Shown one piece after another: positions 35,851-46,242 of a stretch of 64,000 bases of DNA (the first letter of the stretch is position 1; each line of letters begins with the position of its first letter). The position numbers and the translations under genes are program-made. The DNA is from an uncultured Rikenella sp. (lineage in GTDB: Bacteria > Bacteroidota > Bacteroidia > Bacteroidales > VadinHA17): NCBI GenBank assembly GCA_964470815.1, contig CAYYEH010000004.1:16442-80441 (forward strand), read 5' to 3'. The notes beneath the pieces are model-generated. The model saw nothing but the letters and a program-made list of their open reading frames with translations, was not told the DNA's origin and did no database searches.

Positions 35851-37371
35851 TTATTCAGTGACTTTATACATCCTGCGCAGCCTGGTCAGTCTGTGGCGGA
35901 GTTTGTCTTCCACCCTGTCATAAGAAGGATCATCAATCAGGTTATTCATCTCATGCGGGTCTGCCTGAAGGTCATACAGTTCCCATGCATCGACGTCATC
36001 ATAGAAATGGATCAGCTTATACCTGTCGGTTCTGATGCCGTAGTGTTTCCTTACCGCATGTTCCGCAGGGTATTCATAATAATGATAATAAAGTGCATCG
36101 CGCCAGTTTCCCGGTTTACGCCCCAACAGGAGCGGGACAAGCGAAACTCCCTGCATGTCAGCCGGAGGCTTCACACCGGCCAGCTCGAGGAAAGTGGGTG
36201 CGAAGTCGATGTTCTGTACCATCTCGGTGATGTCACCGTGTGCTGAGAGTGTCTCCGGAAGCCGCATCAGCAGAGGTGTCCGGAATGACTCCTCATACAT
36301 GAAACGTTTGTCAAACCAGCCGTGTTCGCCGAGATAAAATCCCTGGTCAGAGGTATAGACCACCAGGGTGTTCTTCATCAGGCCGGCTGATTCAAGGTAG
36401 TCAAGGAGCCTGCCGGTATTCCGGTCAACAGATTCGATTGTCCGCAGATAGTCTGTCAGGTACCTTTGCAGCTTGTAGACAGCCAGTGAGTCACCCACGG
36501 GCCTGTCAGCGAGGAAGGCCCTGCTGATGCTGTCATACTCCTTCATCCATGCCTTTCGCTGTTCAGGATTCATACGGTGATTGAGATACCAGAGGTAATC
36601 CTTTTCAGCCTGTGAAAGGGAGTCGCCGTCAGCGCCGGTAATCTTGAGATCAGATGACAGGCGCATGTCCTTGATGACACTCATCTCCTGGAGGGAAGCA
36701 GCCAGCCTCCCGTCATAAGTGTCAAAGAAAGTGTGCGGGACCGGGAAATCAACGCCATCGAAGAGGTCAAAGTCAAGAGTGTCAGGCATCCAGTTACGAT
36801 GGGGAGCCTTGTGATGCACCAGCAGGCAGAACGGCCTGGAAGTATCTCTCTTCTGAAGCCAATCTATGGCTTTGTCTGTAATGAGGGTGGTGGCATAACC
36901 CGTCAGGCGGTAGGTGCGGCCCGACTCGATGAAGTCGGGATTGTAGTAGCTTCCCTGCCCGGGAAGGATACTCCAGAAGTCAAAACCGGTCGGCTCGCTC
37001 TTAAGGTGCCATTTGCCTATCAGTGCCGTCTGGTATCCGGCCTGCTGAAGCAGTTTGGGGAATGTTACCTGTGAACTGTCAAACCTTGCCCTGTTGTCAG
37101 TATGGCCGTTGGCATGGCTGTGCTTCCCGGTCAGTAGCGCCGCCCTGCTTGGAGCACATATTGAATTGCACACAAAGCTGTTGCGGAAGATGATTCCCTC
37201 ATCAGCAATACGGTCAAGGTTGGGCGTCTTGTTGATCTCGCTTCCGTAAGCTCCTACCGCCTGGTAAGCATGGTCATCCGTCATGATGTAGATGATGTTC
37301 GGCCGCAATGGCTCCTGCCTGGTACATGACCAGAGGAGAAACAGCATGAAAACGGGAGTGATTCGCCTCAT
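35851..37371 (-). CDS. Cys-type sulfatase (formylglycine-dependent)
   Basis: 506 aa with a signal peptide. Motifs NIIYIMTDDH, the sulfatase signature CAPSRAALLTGK and GKWHL. Confidence 0.9.
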   Translation of the reverse strand: MRRITPVFMLFLLWSCTRQEPLRPNIIYIMTDDHAYQAVGAYGSEINKTPNLDRIADEGIIFRNSFVCNSICAPSRAALLTGKHSHANGHTDNRARFDSSQVTFPKLLQQAGYQTALIGKWHLKSEPTGFDFWSILPGQGSYYNPDFIESGRTYRLTGYATTLITDKAIDWLQKRDTSRPFCLLVHHKAPHRNWMPDTLDFDLFDGVDFPVPHTFFDTYDGRLAASLQEMSVIKDMRLSSDLKITGADGDSLSQAEKDYLWYLNHRMNPEQRKAWMKEYDSISRAFLADRPVGDSLAVYKLQRYLTDYLRTIESVDRNTGRLLDYLESAGLMKNTLVVYTSDQGFYLGEHGWFDKRFMYEESFRTPLLMRLPETLSAHGDITEMVQNIDFAPTFLELAGVKPPADMQGVSLVPLLLGRKPGNWRDALYYHYYEYPAEHAVRKHYGIRTDRYKLIHFYDDVDAWELYDLQADPHEMNNLIDDPSYDRVEDKLRHRLTRLRRMYKVTE

Positions 37372-37437
37372 GATTTCACTGTTTTAATTGTTACCAGAGA
37401 ACCGGGCATTCGGGCAGTAGCCCTTCAACCCGCAGTA

Positions 37438-38631
37438 TCAGATATTGACAATCTTCTTTCTGATAATAATCCATGACACAATCAGCAGGTAGGCAGCACA
37501 GAGCAGCAACACACCCATGCCGGGCACCACACCTGCTGAGTCGCTTACAAGTCCAATCAGCGGCGGTATCAGAGCACCTCCTGAAATGGCCATCATCATG
37601 AGCCCGGATATCTCATTGCTTCTCTCCGGGTACCTCTGCACGGTCAGTGAGAAGACAAGAGGGAAGATATTTGCCACCCCTAGACCGATGAGAAAGACCA
37701 GTATCCAGGCTGCACCCTTTGATGCCGGGATAATCATGAACAGAAGGATAGATATTATTGATAGTATTGCGCTGTAGAGAAAACCCCTGGTGGATGCCAG
37801 TTTTGTAAGGATCAGGGCTCCCGCGAAGGTGCCCAGCATACGTCCGAAAAAATAGACACTGCGTCCCGACTGTGCTGTAACCTCCTCAAAACCAAACCTG
37901 GCTGAAAGGTATTTTCCGGAGAAATAGTTGAATCCCACATCTATCCCGACGACAAGGAATATTGAAAGCACCATCATCAGGATGTATGAATTGCCCAGCA
38001 ACCTGAAGGCTGATGCCATGGAGGCCTTCCTTTCCGTTGCGACGCTCTCTTCGATTTTAACAGTTCCAAGCCAGAGTACACTTAGAAAGGAGATGATACC
38101 ATAAACCAGGAAAAGAAGTTTCCAGTCGCCGAAGCGGCTTGCAAACAGTGCTGCCAGCGGGGCGGCCAGCATTGAGCCAATGGCTTTGATGAATTGTGAA
38201 AAACTGAGGAAACTTGAGGCTCTCCGCCCGGGCACCACATCCACCAGCAATGGGTTAGCCGATACCTGCACAATGGTATTGCCTATTCCCAGGAGGGCAA
38301 AGCCTGCGATAACAGTCACGAAGTTATAGAAGAAATATGGAATGAAGAGCCCCACCCCGGTGATGATCATCCCGATGTTCAGCATCATCCTTTTTCCCAC
38401 GCGGGCCTGGATGATTCCTACAGGGACGGAGAGGAAAAAGAACCAGACGAAAGCCGCAAACGGGATCAGTCCCAGGATGAAGTCGCTCAGCCCAAGGTCA
38501 CCTGCCACACGATCCTTGCCTATTCCCACCAGGTCTACAAAACTCATTACAAAGAAGGAGAGGAGCACCGGCACCACCAGTCTCATCTCGATTTTTTTCT
38601 CATTCATATTGTTCAGGTTGTTCATTCTCAC
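37438..38631 (-). CDS. MFS transporter (sugar-type)
   Basis: 397 aa with about 12 predicted TM helices. 4-bp overlap with the upstream ROK gene. The exact start among several N-terminal Met codons is uncertain. Confidence 0.8.
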   Translation of the reverse strand: MRMNNLNNMNEKKIEMRLVVPVLLSFFVMSFVDLVGIGKDRVAGDLGLSDFILGLIPFAAFVWFFFLSVPVGIIQARVGKRMMLNIGMIITGVGLFIPYFFYNFVTVIAGFALLGIGNTIVQVSANPLLVDVVPGRRASSFLSFSQFIKAIGSMLAAPLAALFASRFGDWKLLFLVYGIISFLSVLWLGTVKIEESVATERKASMASAFRLLGNSYILMMVLSIFLVVGIDVGFNYFSGKYLSARFGFEEVTAQSGRSVYFFGRMLGTFAGALILTKLASTRGFLYSAILSIISILLFMIIPASKGAAWILVFLIGLGVANIFPLVFSLTVQRYPERSNEISGLMMMAISGGALIPPLIGLVSDSAGVVPGMGVLLLCAAYLLIVSWIIIRKKIVNI

Positions 38632-39572
38632 ATAAGGGGGAGGGCGGGCTGCACCGCCTTCCAGAACCCATCATCGAGGAGATAGGCACTGCCCAGCAGG
38701 GCGGCGTCTTCCTTCAGTTCGGAGATGGTTGTCCGCACATTGCATTTCTCTCTCCTCATAGCCTCTTCCATTGCCGGGCCGAACAGGTTCCATGCGTATG
38801 ACACATTTCCACCTATGACCAGGATCTCGGCTCCGAACCGGTTCAGCCAGGGTGCGAGGAATCCACCCAGTGCTGCGCCGAATTCATTGAATATTTCATG
38901 TACTTCAGGTGCCCTGCCGGCCATGACAGCCACCTCCCTGACGCCCGCAGCCTCCTGCCCGGTCACCTCGCGGTAGCGTGCAGTGAACCAACGGGTTGAG
39001 AAATAATCGTCAGCAATTCCTTTGCCGAAGGGCAGGTGATAAACACATCCCATCTTGGGCACCCTGTCACCTTCAACAACAGGGATACGGTTCTCAACAA
39101 ATGCTGATCCGAAACCGGTGCCGAGGGTGATAGCCATCATCCTGCTGAATCCAGCAGCCTTGCCGGCCCATGCCTCACCCACTGCAAAGGAGCTGGCATC
39201 ATTCATGAATCTCACCCTGCAGTCACACGGAAGTCCCAGCCTTGAACTGACAGCCTTGCCCACATTGACACCGTAAAGTTTCTCGTATTTGTCAACTCCA
39301 CGGATAAGGCATATGCCGTTGACATAGTCAAACGGGCCTGGCATGGCAAAACCAATTCCTTTCAGGTTGAAGATCTGAATCCCCTTCATCACCTGCCTAA
39401 GGGTGTCACTCCATATAGTGAGTATCTCATCTGCCTCAGCCTTGTTGTCAACAGGGCTTTCGGCACGTGACCCGCTGATGATACGATGTGCTCCCATGTC
39501 GACGGCTACTGCTGTGATGTGGCTGCCGCCGATATCAACGCCGATGGCTGTGTTCTGAAGTGGTGAATTCAT
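38628..39572 (-). CDS. ROK-family sugar kinase
   Basis: Translation from ATG 39572 reads MNSPLQNTAIGVDIGGSHITAVAVD, with ITLGTGFGSAF. I see no CxCGxxGCxE zinc motif. The 35 residues upstream in the ORF track are probably not translated. Confidence 0.75.
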   Translation of the reverse strand: MNSPLQNTAIGVDIGGSHITAVAVDMGAHRIISGSRAESPVDNKAEADEILTIWSDTLRQVMKGIQIFNLKGIGFAMPGPFDYVNGICLIRGVDKYEKLYGVNVGKAVSSRLGLPCDCRVRFMNDASSFAVGEAWAGKAAGFSRMMAITLGTGFGSAFVENRIPVVEGDRVPKMGCVYHLPFGKGIADDYFSTRWFTARYREVTGQEAAGVREVAVMAGRAPEVHEIFNEFGAALGGFLAPWLNRFGAEILVIGGNVSYAWNLFGPAMEEAMRREKCNVRTTISELKEDAALLGSAYLLDDGFWKAVQPALPLM

Positions 39573-39744
39573 AGTCTGTCTGCTCAGGTTAAAATTTGAG
39601 GCATTGAAAATATCTATTTTCCCAAAGAGTGCAAAGGGAATGTTGTATAATATTCGGAAAAAATAGGAGCTGTCCATGAATTGTTATAAATTCGTAGTAC
39701 CAATAATATCTTTCATAAAACTCACAATCTAATCACATTCTGTC

Positions 39745-41058
39745 ATGCCAAAAGCCACTAAAGAGGATGCGCTCCTTTACCACAGCAGGGGACGCAAGGG
39801 CAAGGTGGAGGTCATTCCCACAAAGCCTTATTGCACCCAGTTTGATTTAAGCCTGGCCTATACACCGGGTGTGGCACACCCATGCCTTGAGATAGAAAAG
39901 AACCCTGATGATGCCTATAACTATACGGCCAAGGGTAACCTTGTGGCAGTAATCTCCAACGGTACTGCCGTTCTGGGTCTGGGAGACATAGGCGCCCTTG
40001 CCGGGAAACCGGTAATGGAGGGGAAGGGGCTCCTTTTCAAGGTTTTTGCCGATGTAGATGTCTTTGACATTGAGATAGACGAAAAGGATCCTGACAAGCT
40101 GATAGAAATATGTGCAAAACTTGCCCCGACATTTGGCGGCATCAATCTTGAGGATATTAAGGCGCCTGAATGTTTTGAAGTTGAGACGAGGCTGAAGGAG
40201 ATGCTTGACATACCGGTGTTTCATGATGACCAGCATGGCACAGCCATCATCTCGGCAGCAGGGTTGCTCAATGCTGTGGAGATCAACGGCAAGAAGCTGC
40301 CTGACCTTAAGGTTGTGGTCTGCGGCGCTGGTGCTGCAGCCAACTCATGCACCAGGCTCTATGTTGCCCTGGGCGTTAAGAGAGAAAATATCATTATGGT
40401 TGACAGCAAAGGGGTGATCAACAAAAAGCGGACTGACCTCAACAAATACAAGATGGAGTGGGTCACCGACCGTGATATAAACACTCTTGCCGAGGCGGTG
40501 GAGGGGTCCGATCTCTTCCTGGGTCTCTCGGTTGCAAATATGCTTACAAAGGAAATGTTGGGCACCATGGCCCCTGATCCTATTGTGTTTGCAATGGCAA
40601 ACCCCAACCCCGAAATAAGCTATGAGGATGCAATGGCCACCCGCGATGACCTGATTTTCGCAACGGGAAGGTCTGACTATCCCAACCAGATCAATAACGT
40701 GCTGGGATTTCCGTTCATCTTCAGGGGAGCTCTTGATGTGAGGGCCAGAACCATAAACGAGGAGATGAAACTGGGTGCGACAAGGGCACTGGCGGAACTT
40801 GCAAAGGAGAAGGTTCCCGAATCTGTTCTCAAAGCGTACGACCTTGAAAACCTTGAATTCGGAAGGGAATACATCATTCCCAAACCACTTGATCCGAGGC
40901 TGATCTCCAGGGTGGCACCGGCGGTAGCCAGGGCTGCCATTGAGACCGGGGTGGCACGCCTCCTGATTGAAGATTGGGATAACTACGCTCTTTCGCTTGA
41001 CATGCGAACATCAGAGCATATCAGCCGCATAGCGAAGATCTGCTGCCTGCAGGGCTGA
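39745..41058 (+). CDS. NAD(P)-dependent malic enzyme (short form, no PTA domain)
   Basis: 437 aa. Motifs [52 protein letters not shown] and ANPNPEI. Confidence 0.92.
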   Translation: MPKATKEDALLYHSRGRKGKVEVIPTKPYCTQFDLSLAYTPGVAHPCLEIEKNPDDAYNYTAKGNLVAVISNGTAVLGLGDIGALAGKPVMEGKGLLFKVFADVDVFDIEIDEKDPDKLIEICAKLAPTFGGINLEDIKAPECFEVETRLKEMLDIPVFHDDQHGTAIISAAGLLNAVEINGKKLPDLKVVVCGAGAAANSCTRLYVALGVKRENIIMVDSKGVINKKRTDLNKYKMEWVTDRDINTLAEAVEGSDLFLGLSVANMLTKEMLGTMAPDPIVFAMANPNPEISYEDAMATRDDLIFATGRSDYPNQINNVLGFPFIFRGALDVRARTINEEMKLGATRALAELAKEKVPESVLKAYDLENLEFGREYIIPKPLDPRLISRVAPAVARAAIETGVARLLIEDWDNYALSLDMRTSEHISRIAKICCLQG

Positions 41059-41135
41059 AGTGGTGCAGTTGACTGCAGCGGAGCGCTATCGGCGCTCTAA
41101 TGATGCAGATATTGCCTGTGAAGGGCACATAATCA

Positions 41136-41171
41136 GAAAGGGCCGGAAACCAAAGGAGAACCGGCCCTTTC
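41136..41171. terminator. Hairpin between convergent genes (11-bp perfect stem GAAAGGGCCGG / CCGGCCCTTTC, 14-nt loop)
   Basis: Read directly from the sequence. It sits between the convergent malic enzyme and cytidylate-kinase-like genes. There is no clear U-tract on either side. Confidence 0.5.
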
Positions 41172-41228
41172 ATCTACCCTTCTGTTAAACAACCAGCCAG
41201 CTGTGCCAAACTCTGAAAACACACAGCT

Positions 41229-41954
41229 TTATCCTTGCGCCTTTACGCCCATCTTTGTCTCATACATCGTCAGTATCAGCGACGAGATCTGCTCCAGCGT
41301 GAAGCTGCTCCTGTTAAGCGTAACATCAAAAAGATAATCAATGGACTGCGGCTTTTTGTCAAGGAAATCGACAATAAGCCTGTTTCTCTTTTCATCAGTC
41401 TGAAGTACATACTCCTCAGCCTTCTCAATGATCATCCCTTTCTTTTTCATTACATTCTGCACCCTCCAGTAGATGGGAGCCACAAGCCTGACATGCAGTG
41501 CATTGGCCATATCGTGGGTGATTGAGACACCTCCCCTGCCAATTATCACTGCGTACCCGTCACGGGCTATGGAGGTGACTACCTCCCTGATTGCTTTTCT
41601 TACTGAACTGTCAGTGACAAAAGAGCCTGAAAAAGCCATGATCATCTGTGAAATATCAGTCATGCCAAGCCCCTGGTAATAGGTCTCAACCCGGTGTGTG
41701 TCAGTCTTGAGTTCATGGGCAGCATGGTAAATTATGTCCTTGTCAACCCATTTCCACCTGTTGGTATTATACCTCAGATTCAGTTGTGCCACCAGTTCAG
41801 CAGCGACCTCCCTGCCGTCACATCCCGTAAGTCTGGAAATTGTTATCACCGGGCCTGTCTGATCGGCAGGCCTGCCAAGCATTTCAGCCCTGTAGCGGGT
41901 GTCGAAATAATCAAATATCTTCTTCACGGCCAAGGCTTTAGCTGCTGCATTCAA
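41229..41954 (-). CDS. Cytidylate-kinase-like family protein (Cytidylate_kin2-like)
   Basis: 241 aa. Motif VITISRLTGCDGREVAAELVAQL resembles the ITISRexGSGG opening of the family, with a degenerate P-loop (GCDG). Confidence 0.55.
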   Translation of the reverse strand: MNAAAKALAVKKIFDYFDTRYRAEMLGRPADQTGPVITISRLTGCDGREVAAELVAQLNLRYNTNRWKWVDKDIIYHAAHELKTDTHRVETYYQGLGMTDISQMIMAFSGSFVTDSSVRKAIREVVTSIARDGYAVIIGRGGVSITHDMANALHVRLVAPIYWRVQNVMKKKGMIIEKAEEYVLQTDEKRNRLIVDFLDKKPQSIDYLFDVTLNRSSFTLEQISSLILTMYETKMGVKAQG

Positions 41955-42095
41955 CCTTTCGGGTCAACTGAAAGGTGACAGCTGTTAAATCTTACAAAAT
42001 ATAGTAAAAATTTAAAGGAAAAGCAACTAAAAACCATTAAAAATGGCATTCGGAAGGTTGAAATTGCGTAAAAGCGCCAATGGTCTTCAAATGCG

Positions 42096-44465
42096 TCACA
42101 TCCCGTGATGTTCGGTACGACGGATGATCTCGTTCTGAAGGTCCTCGCCAAGGTCATTGAAGTAATCACTGTAACCTGCCACACGCACAATTAGGTCGCG
42201 GTACAGTTCAGGATTTTTCTGTGCATCGCGCAGAATATCTGCATTGACAACGTTGAACTGTATATGATGTCCGTCAAGACTGAAGTAGCTGCGGATGAGG
42301 GCAGTGAGCTTCTGGTAGCTTCCTTCGTCCTCAAAGAACTCCGGCGAGAACTTCTGGTTCAGCAGGGTCCCTCCGGTTCTGAGATGGTCAATCTTGGATG
42401 CTGACTTGATCACCGCAGTCGGGCCCTGGCGGTCAACTCCCTGGAAGGGTGATATCCCTTCTGAAAGGGGAACATAGGCCTTGCGGCCGTCGGGAGTTGC
42501 TCCGGTTACATTTCCAAAATAGACATGAGACGTTGTCGGGAGCATGTTGATCCGGTGTGTGCCTCCCCTGGGTGTAGGCCTGCCGCTGACGGCATCATGG
42601 AAGAACTCAAACACAGCCACAGCCTGGGCATCGGCATAGTCATCATCATTACCGTACTTCGGGGTGTTGTAGATCATGTCATACTGCATCTGCTCAGACC
42701 CTTCGAAGTTCTTCTTCAGTGCGTCAAGCAGCTCATTCCAGGTAAACCGTTTCCTGTCATATACATTGAACCTTACCGAGGTAAGAATGTCGGTGATGCT
42801 TCCGAGGCCCACGCCCTGTATGTATGTGGTGTTGTACCTGGCACCGCCGGCATTGTAATCCCTGCCGTTTGCGATGCAGTCCTCAAGCAGGAGCGACAGG
42901 AACGGAACCGGGAGATGGATAGCGAACGTCTTTTCTATAACGTTGTTTCCTCTTATCTTGACATCTGCGAAGTAGTTTATCTGATCCCTGTAGGCAAGCA
43001 TGAAATCATCAAAAGTGGCGAACGATGCGGGGTCTCCGGTTTTCGGTCCCACCTGTACTCCGGTGCGTGGGTCGAATCCGTTGTTCAGGGTCACCTCAAG
43101 TATCTTCACCAGGTTGAAATATCCGGTCAGCCAGTAGCACTCAGTGCCGAAAGCTCCTGTTTCAACGCATCCCGAGGCGCCTCCATTTCGGGCATCCACA
43201 ATGCTTTTACCCTGCCTGAGCAGTTCCTGTATGATGGCTTCCGTGTTGAATACCGAGGGCTGACCGAAACCTGTCCGGATTATATCAAGAGCCTTGTGCA
43301 CAAACGAATCAGGGTTTTTGCGGCTGACCTGAACCATTGAACTGGGCTGCAGTATCCGCATCTCCCGGATGACGTCAAGGAGGATATATGACATCGGGTT
43401 GACGGCATCGGTGCCGTCAGGCTTTACGCCGCCGAGGTTAATCAGGCAGAAGTCGGTGTAGGTATTGCTCTCCTGTGCGGTGACTCCCATTTTGGGAGGT
43501 GACGGGTGGTTATTGAATTTGACCCAGAAGCATCCGAGGAGTTCATATGCATCCTCCGGGGTAAGGGCGCCATTTTTGATCTGCCTGCTGTAAACGGGCC
43601 ACAGGTGCTGATCAAGCCTGCCGGGATTGAATGAGTCCCACGGATTCAGTTCGGTCACCACTCCGAGGTGTATAAACCAGTAGTGCTGGAGTGTCTCATG
43701 AAATGTCTCCGGGGCATGAGCCGGAACACGGCGGCAAACCTCAGCCATTTTCTGAAGCTCAGCCCGTCTGGCGGCATCCATTTCGCCTGCTGCCAGGGCC
43801 TCCAGTTTTTCAGCATGCCTCATGGCATACATAATGATTGCGTCACAGGCTATTTCCATCGCCTTTAGCTCTTCGTTGCGCTCATACGCATGCGGGTCAT
43901 TCCGGAAATCGAGGGCAGCTGCAGCATCGGCTATCTCTTTCTTCAGATCCAGGAAGCCTGTATGAAACATCTTGTATCCCAGAACGGTATGACCCGGAGC
44001 TCTCTGCTCCTGGAACTCGGTAAAGATCCCTGCCTTATAGGCTGCAAGCCACTCAGGAGTCATACGCTCCATGATGCGGTCACGATTGCTCCTTCCTTTC
44101 CAGTAGGGGATGATCTCCTCGCTGTAAATCTTTTTAACCTCTTCGCTCACCCTGAAATAAACCTTCTCACGGTTGTTGAGAATATCAAGATCCTGCAGCG
44201 AGTGAAGGCTTATCTCCGGATAGGTCGGAGTGGCTTTGGGAGCAGGACCTCTTTCACCGACTATCAGTTCACCATCATTGATGCAGATGGCTTTGTTCCT
44301 GAGAAGGTACTCAAAGGCACGGGCCCTCAGAACAGGAGCCGACAGTCCCTGTGCCTCGCGGCTGGAATAAAACCTGGTTATCAGTTGGGCACGCTCGGCT
44401 GTGAGGGTCTCAGTTGCACTGAGGCTTTGTTCCCTGAGCCTCAAAACTCTTTCTGTCATTTTCAT
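42096..44465 (-). CDS. hypD: Glycyl radical enzyme of the dehydratase/eliminase class, most similar to trans-4-hydroxy-L-proline dehydratase (HypD)
   Basis: 789 aa. Gly-radical motif LIVRVAGYSDYF and Cys loop GGASGCVETGAFG (Cys-x-Glu, eliminase type). From memory, it resembles C. difficile HypD across long N-terminal stretches (INDGELIVGE, TPEWLAAYKAGIFTEFQEQRAPGHTV, GRLDQHL). The activase gene lies directly upstream. Confidence 0.6.
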   Translation of the reverse strand: MKMTERVLRLREQSLSATETLTAERAQLITRFYSSREAQGLSAPVLRARAFEYLLRNKAICINDGELIVGERGPAPKATPTYPEISLHSLQDLDILNNREKVYFRVSEEVKKIYSEEIIPYWKGRSNRDRIMERMTPEWLAAYKAGIFTEFQEQRAPGHTVLGYKMFHTGFLDLKKEIADAAAALDFRNDPHAYERNEELKAMEIACDAIIMYAMRHAEKLEALAAGEMDAARRAELQKMAEVCRRVPAHAPETFHETLQHYWFIHLGVVTELNPWDSFNPGRLDQHLWPVYSRQIKNGALTPEDAYELLGCFWVKFNNHPSPPKMGVTAQESNTYTDFCLINLGGVKPDGTDAVNPMSYILLDVIREMRILQPSSMVQVSRKNPDSFVHKALDIIRTGFGQPSVFNTEAIIQELLRQGKSIVDARNGGASGCVETGAFGTECYWLTGYFNLVKILEVTLNNGFDPRTGVQVGPKTGDPASFATFDDFMLAYRDQINYFADVKIRGNNVIEKTFAIHLPVPFLSLLLEDCIANGRDYNAGGARYNTTYIQGVGLGSITDILTSVRFNVYDRKRFTWNELLDALKKNFEGSEQMQYDMIYNTPKYGNDDDYADAQAVAVFEFFHDAVSGRPTPRGGTHRINMLPTTSHVYFGNVTGATPDGRKAYVPLSEGISPFQGVDRQGPTAVIKSASKIDHLRTGGTLLNQKFSPEFFEDEGSYQKLTALIRSYFSLDGHHIQFNVVNADILRDAQKNPELYRDLIVRVAGYSDYFNDLGEDLQNEIIRRTEHHGM

Positions 44466-44497
44466 ATAAATGTCTCCTTACTTTTTCGCTTAAATTG

Positions 44498-45298
44498 TCA
44501 TCCGCCCTTTTTGACATGAATTCCGAGCGGTAGTAAAATTTCAATATAATCATCCAGGTGTCCGTTTGATATCTGGTTGTATGATGCCATCCTGTCTTCC
44601 ATGCCGAAACGACGGTACTTGGAGCTCCCTGTCTTGTGATAGGGCAGCAGGTTTATCTCTTTGATATGTCCGTTATCACGCCTCCCGATGAAGCCCTTCA
44701 ATTGCTCCATATATGAAGTATCAGCCGACACACCGGGGATGACCGGGATCCGTATCATGACATCCTTCCCCTCCGCCAGGAGCATGTCCAGATTAGATAT
44801 TATCAGCTCATTGCTCACCCCGGTGAATTTTTTATGAAATTCCGGGTCAGTGTGCTTGATGTCATACAGGAAGAGGTCAGTGACGGGCATGACCGACTGA
44901 AGTATCTCCCGCCTGACATATCCCGAGGTGTCTACCGTGGTATGAAAACCTGACTGCTTCAGTAATGAGAGTGTTTCACGAAGGAACTCAGGTTGCATAA
45001 GGGGTTCGCCGCCGGAGAAAGTAACGCCTCCGCCCGAGTGCTCCATGAACACGCGGTCTGTCTCAACCTTAGCCAGGATCTCTTCCGGGGAATATTCATG
45101 ACCAACCTGCTCCATTGACCTGAATTCCTTCTCTCCTACCCTGTCTATCCTCTCAACCATACGTATGCCTCTCTCCTTCCCCTCCGGATTGTGACACCAC
45201 CAGCAGTCAAGCGGACAACCTTTCATGAAGACTGTGACCCTGATGCCGGGGCCGTCATGGATTGCATACTTTTTTATACTGAATATCAAGCCTTTCAT
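44498..45298 (-). CDS. Glycyl-radical-enzyme activating enzyme (radical SAM)
   Basis: Translation from ATG 45298 reads MKGLIFSIKKYAIHDGPGIRVTVFMKGCPLDCWWCHNPE (CxxxCxxC), with GGGVTFSGGEP. It contains only three Cys in total. The 31 upstream residues in the ORF track are unlikely to be translated. Confidence 0.88.
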   Translation of the reverse strand: MKGLIFSIKKYAIHDGPGIRVTVFMKGCPLDCWWCHNPEGKERGIRMVERIDRVGEKEFRSMEQVGHEYSPEEILAKVETDRVFMEHSGGGVTFSGGEPLMQPEFLRETLSLLKQSGFHTTVDTSGYVRREILQSVMPVTDLFLYDIKHTDPEFHKKFTGVSNELIISNLDMLLAEGKDVMIRIPVIPGVSADTSYMEQLKGFIGRRDNGHIKEINLLPYHKTGSSKYRRFGMEDRMASYNQISNGHLDDYIEILLPLGIHVKKGG

Positions 45299-45712
45299 AG
45301 ATAATGAACTGTTCGTGGGGAAAAAAATAACCGGGGAAGCAGGACTCACCGGTCCTGCATGAAAGGCTACCGGGCGTAGAACATGAGGCAATGATAGAGC
45401 CTTCTGCCGAGGCGGTTCATCATAAACCTGTGTTCCAGACTGTTCATACCCGAATTTTGCAACACAAAGATAAAAAAGGTATTTGAGATAACCAAAAAGA
45501 TGTCAACGAGAGGGGGTGTGAATTTTTTTTCAAGTCCCATAATACTGATAATATGATAGTTGGAAAATATTTTTCTCGCTTAACAAAAGTTTAACAAAAA
45601 AAACATGCAACAGAGAGGGGGGTTGCCGGTCTTTATATCGGAAAGAGGATGGAAAAGGACAGTTCCGCTTTTTTCGAAGGACAGTTTAGTGTTAAATAAA
45701 AACGGGTTAGTC

Positions 45713-46171
45713 ATGAAAAGAATTATGGTTGTTTTACTGGTATTTGCCGCATTTTCAGCGTTTTCGTTCGGCAAGGTAATTGCAAGGGGTGATTCAAACA
45801 CCTCCTTTGGAACGTACACCATTGAGTTGAGCGATCAGCCGGTGATGCTGGCAGGTGAGGAGATGAAATGTTACCTCATCAGTTATGAAAAATCACCCTT
45901 ACAGGTAAAGGTACTTGTTGACAAGGAGAAGAATTGCAGGAATTATGTAGTTATCTCCGACGAGCTTTCAGTAATGTACACCTGTAACGGCAAATTCTTC
46001 GGGGTCAACAAGCTTGACGGCAAGTACAAGAAGAGTGGACTCAGCACCTGTGATGAAAAACTTGACAGGAGTGATTATTTCCATCAGAAGGTTATTGCCC
46101 AGGGTCAGACTCAGGATTTTGATGCAACGGTACTTATTGCATCCTATTTCCCGGCACTCATAAAGGAGTAA
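45713..46171 (+). CDS. Small secreted hypothetical protein
   Basis: 152 aa from ATG 45713. Signal peptide MKRIMVVLLVFAAFSAFSFG, with no recognisable motifs. Confidence 0.5.
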   Translation: MKRIMVVLLVFAAFSAFSFGKVIARGDSNTSFGTYTIELSDQPVMLAGEEMKCYLISYEKSPLQVKVLVDKEKNCRNYVVISDELSVMYTCNGKFFGVNKLDGKYKKSGLSTCDEKLDRSDYFHQKVIAQGQTQDFDATVLIASYFPALIKE

Positions 46172-46242
46172 TCCGGAAAGAAAGATTTTTTTCCTTCCTT
46201 AATCAGGCCGTCCGGCCTGTCTACGATCAGGTTTAGGTTGAT

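Noticed and set aside
41136-41171. Calling the 11-bp hairpin a canonical intrinsic terminator
   Set aside because: The stem is strong, but there is no U-tract on either strand and the loop is 14 nt. I kept it as a moderate-confidence terminator or hairpin only.
45299-45391. N-terminal extensions offered by the ORF track for the GRE activase. The same issue applies to the ROK kinase (39573..39677), the small secreted protein (45605..45712), the M3 peptidase (48118..48228), Maf (63226..63288), DUF1987 (19444..19497), and the TTG starts at 13107 and 14508
   Set aside because: In each case a downstream ATG begins a canonical N-terminus (radical-SAM GRE-AE opening, ROK DIGG motif, signal peptide or lipobox, Maf ASASPRR). 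The extension either overlaps the upstream gene or overlaps a TAnnTTTG promoter box.
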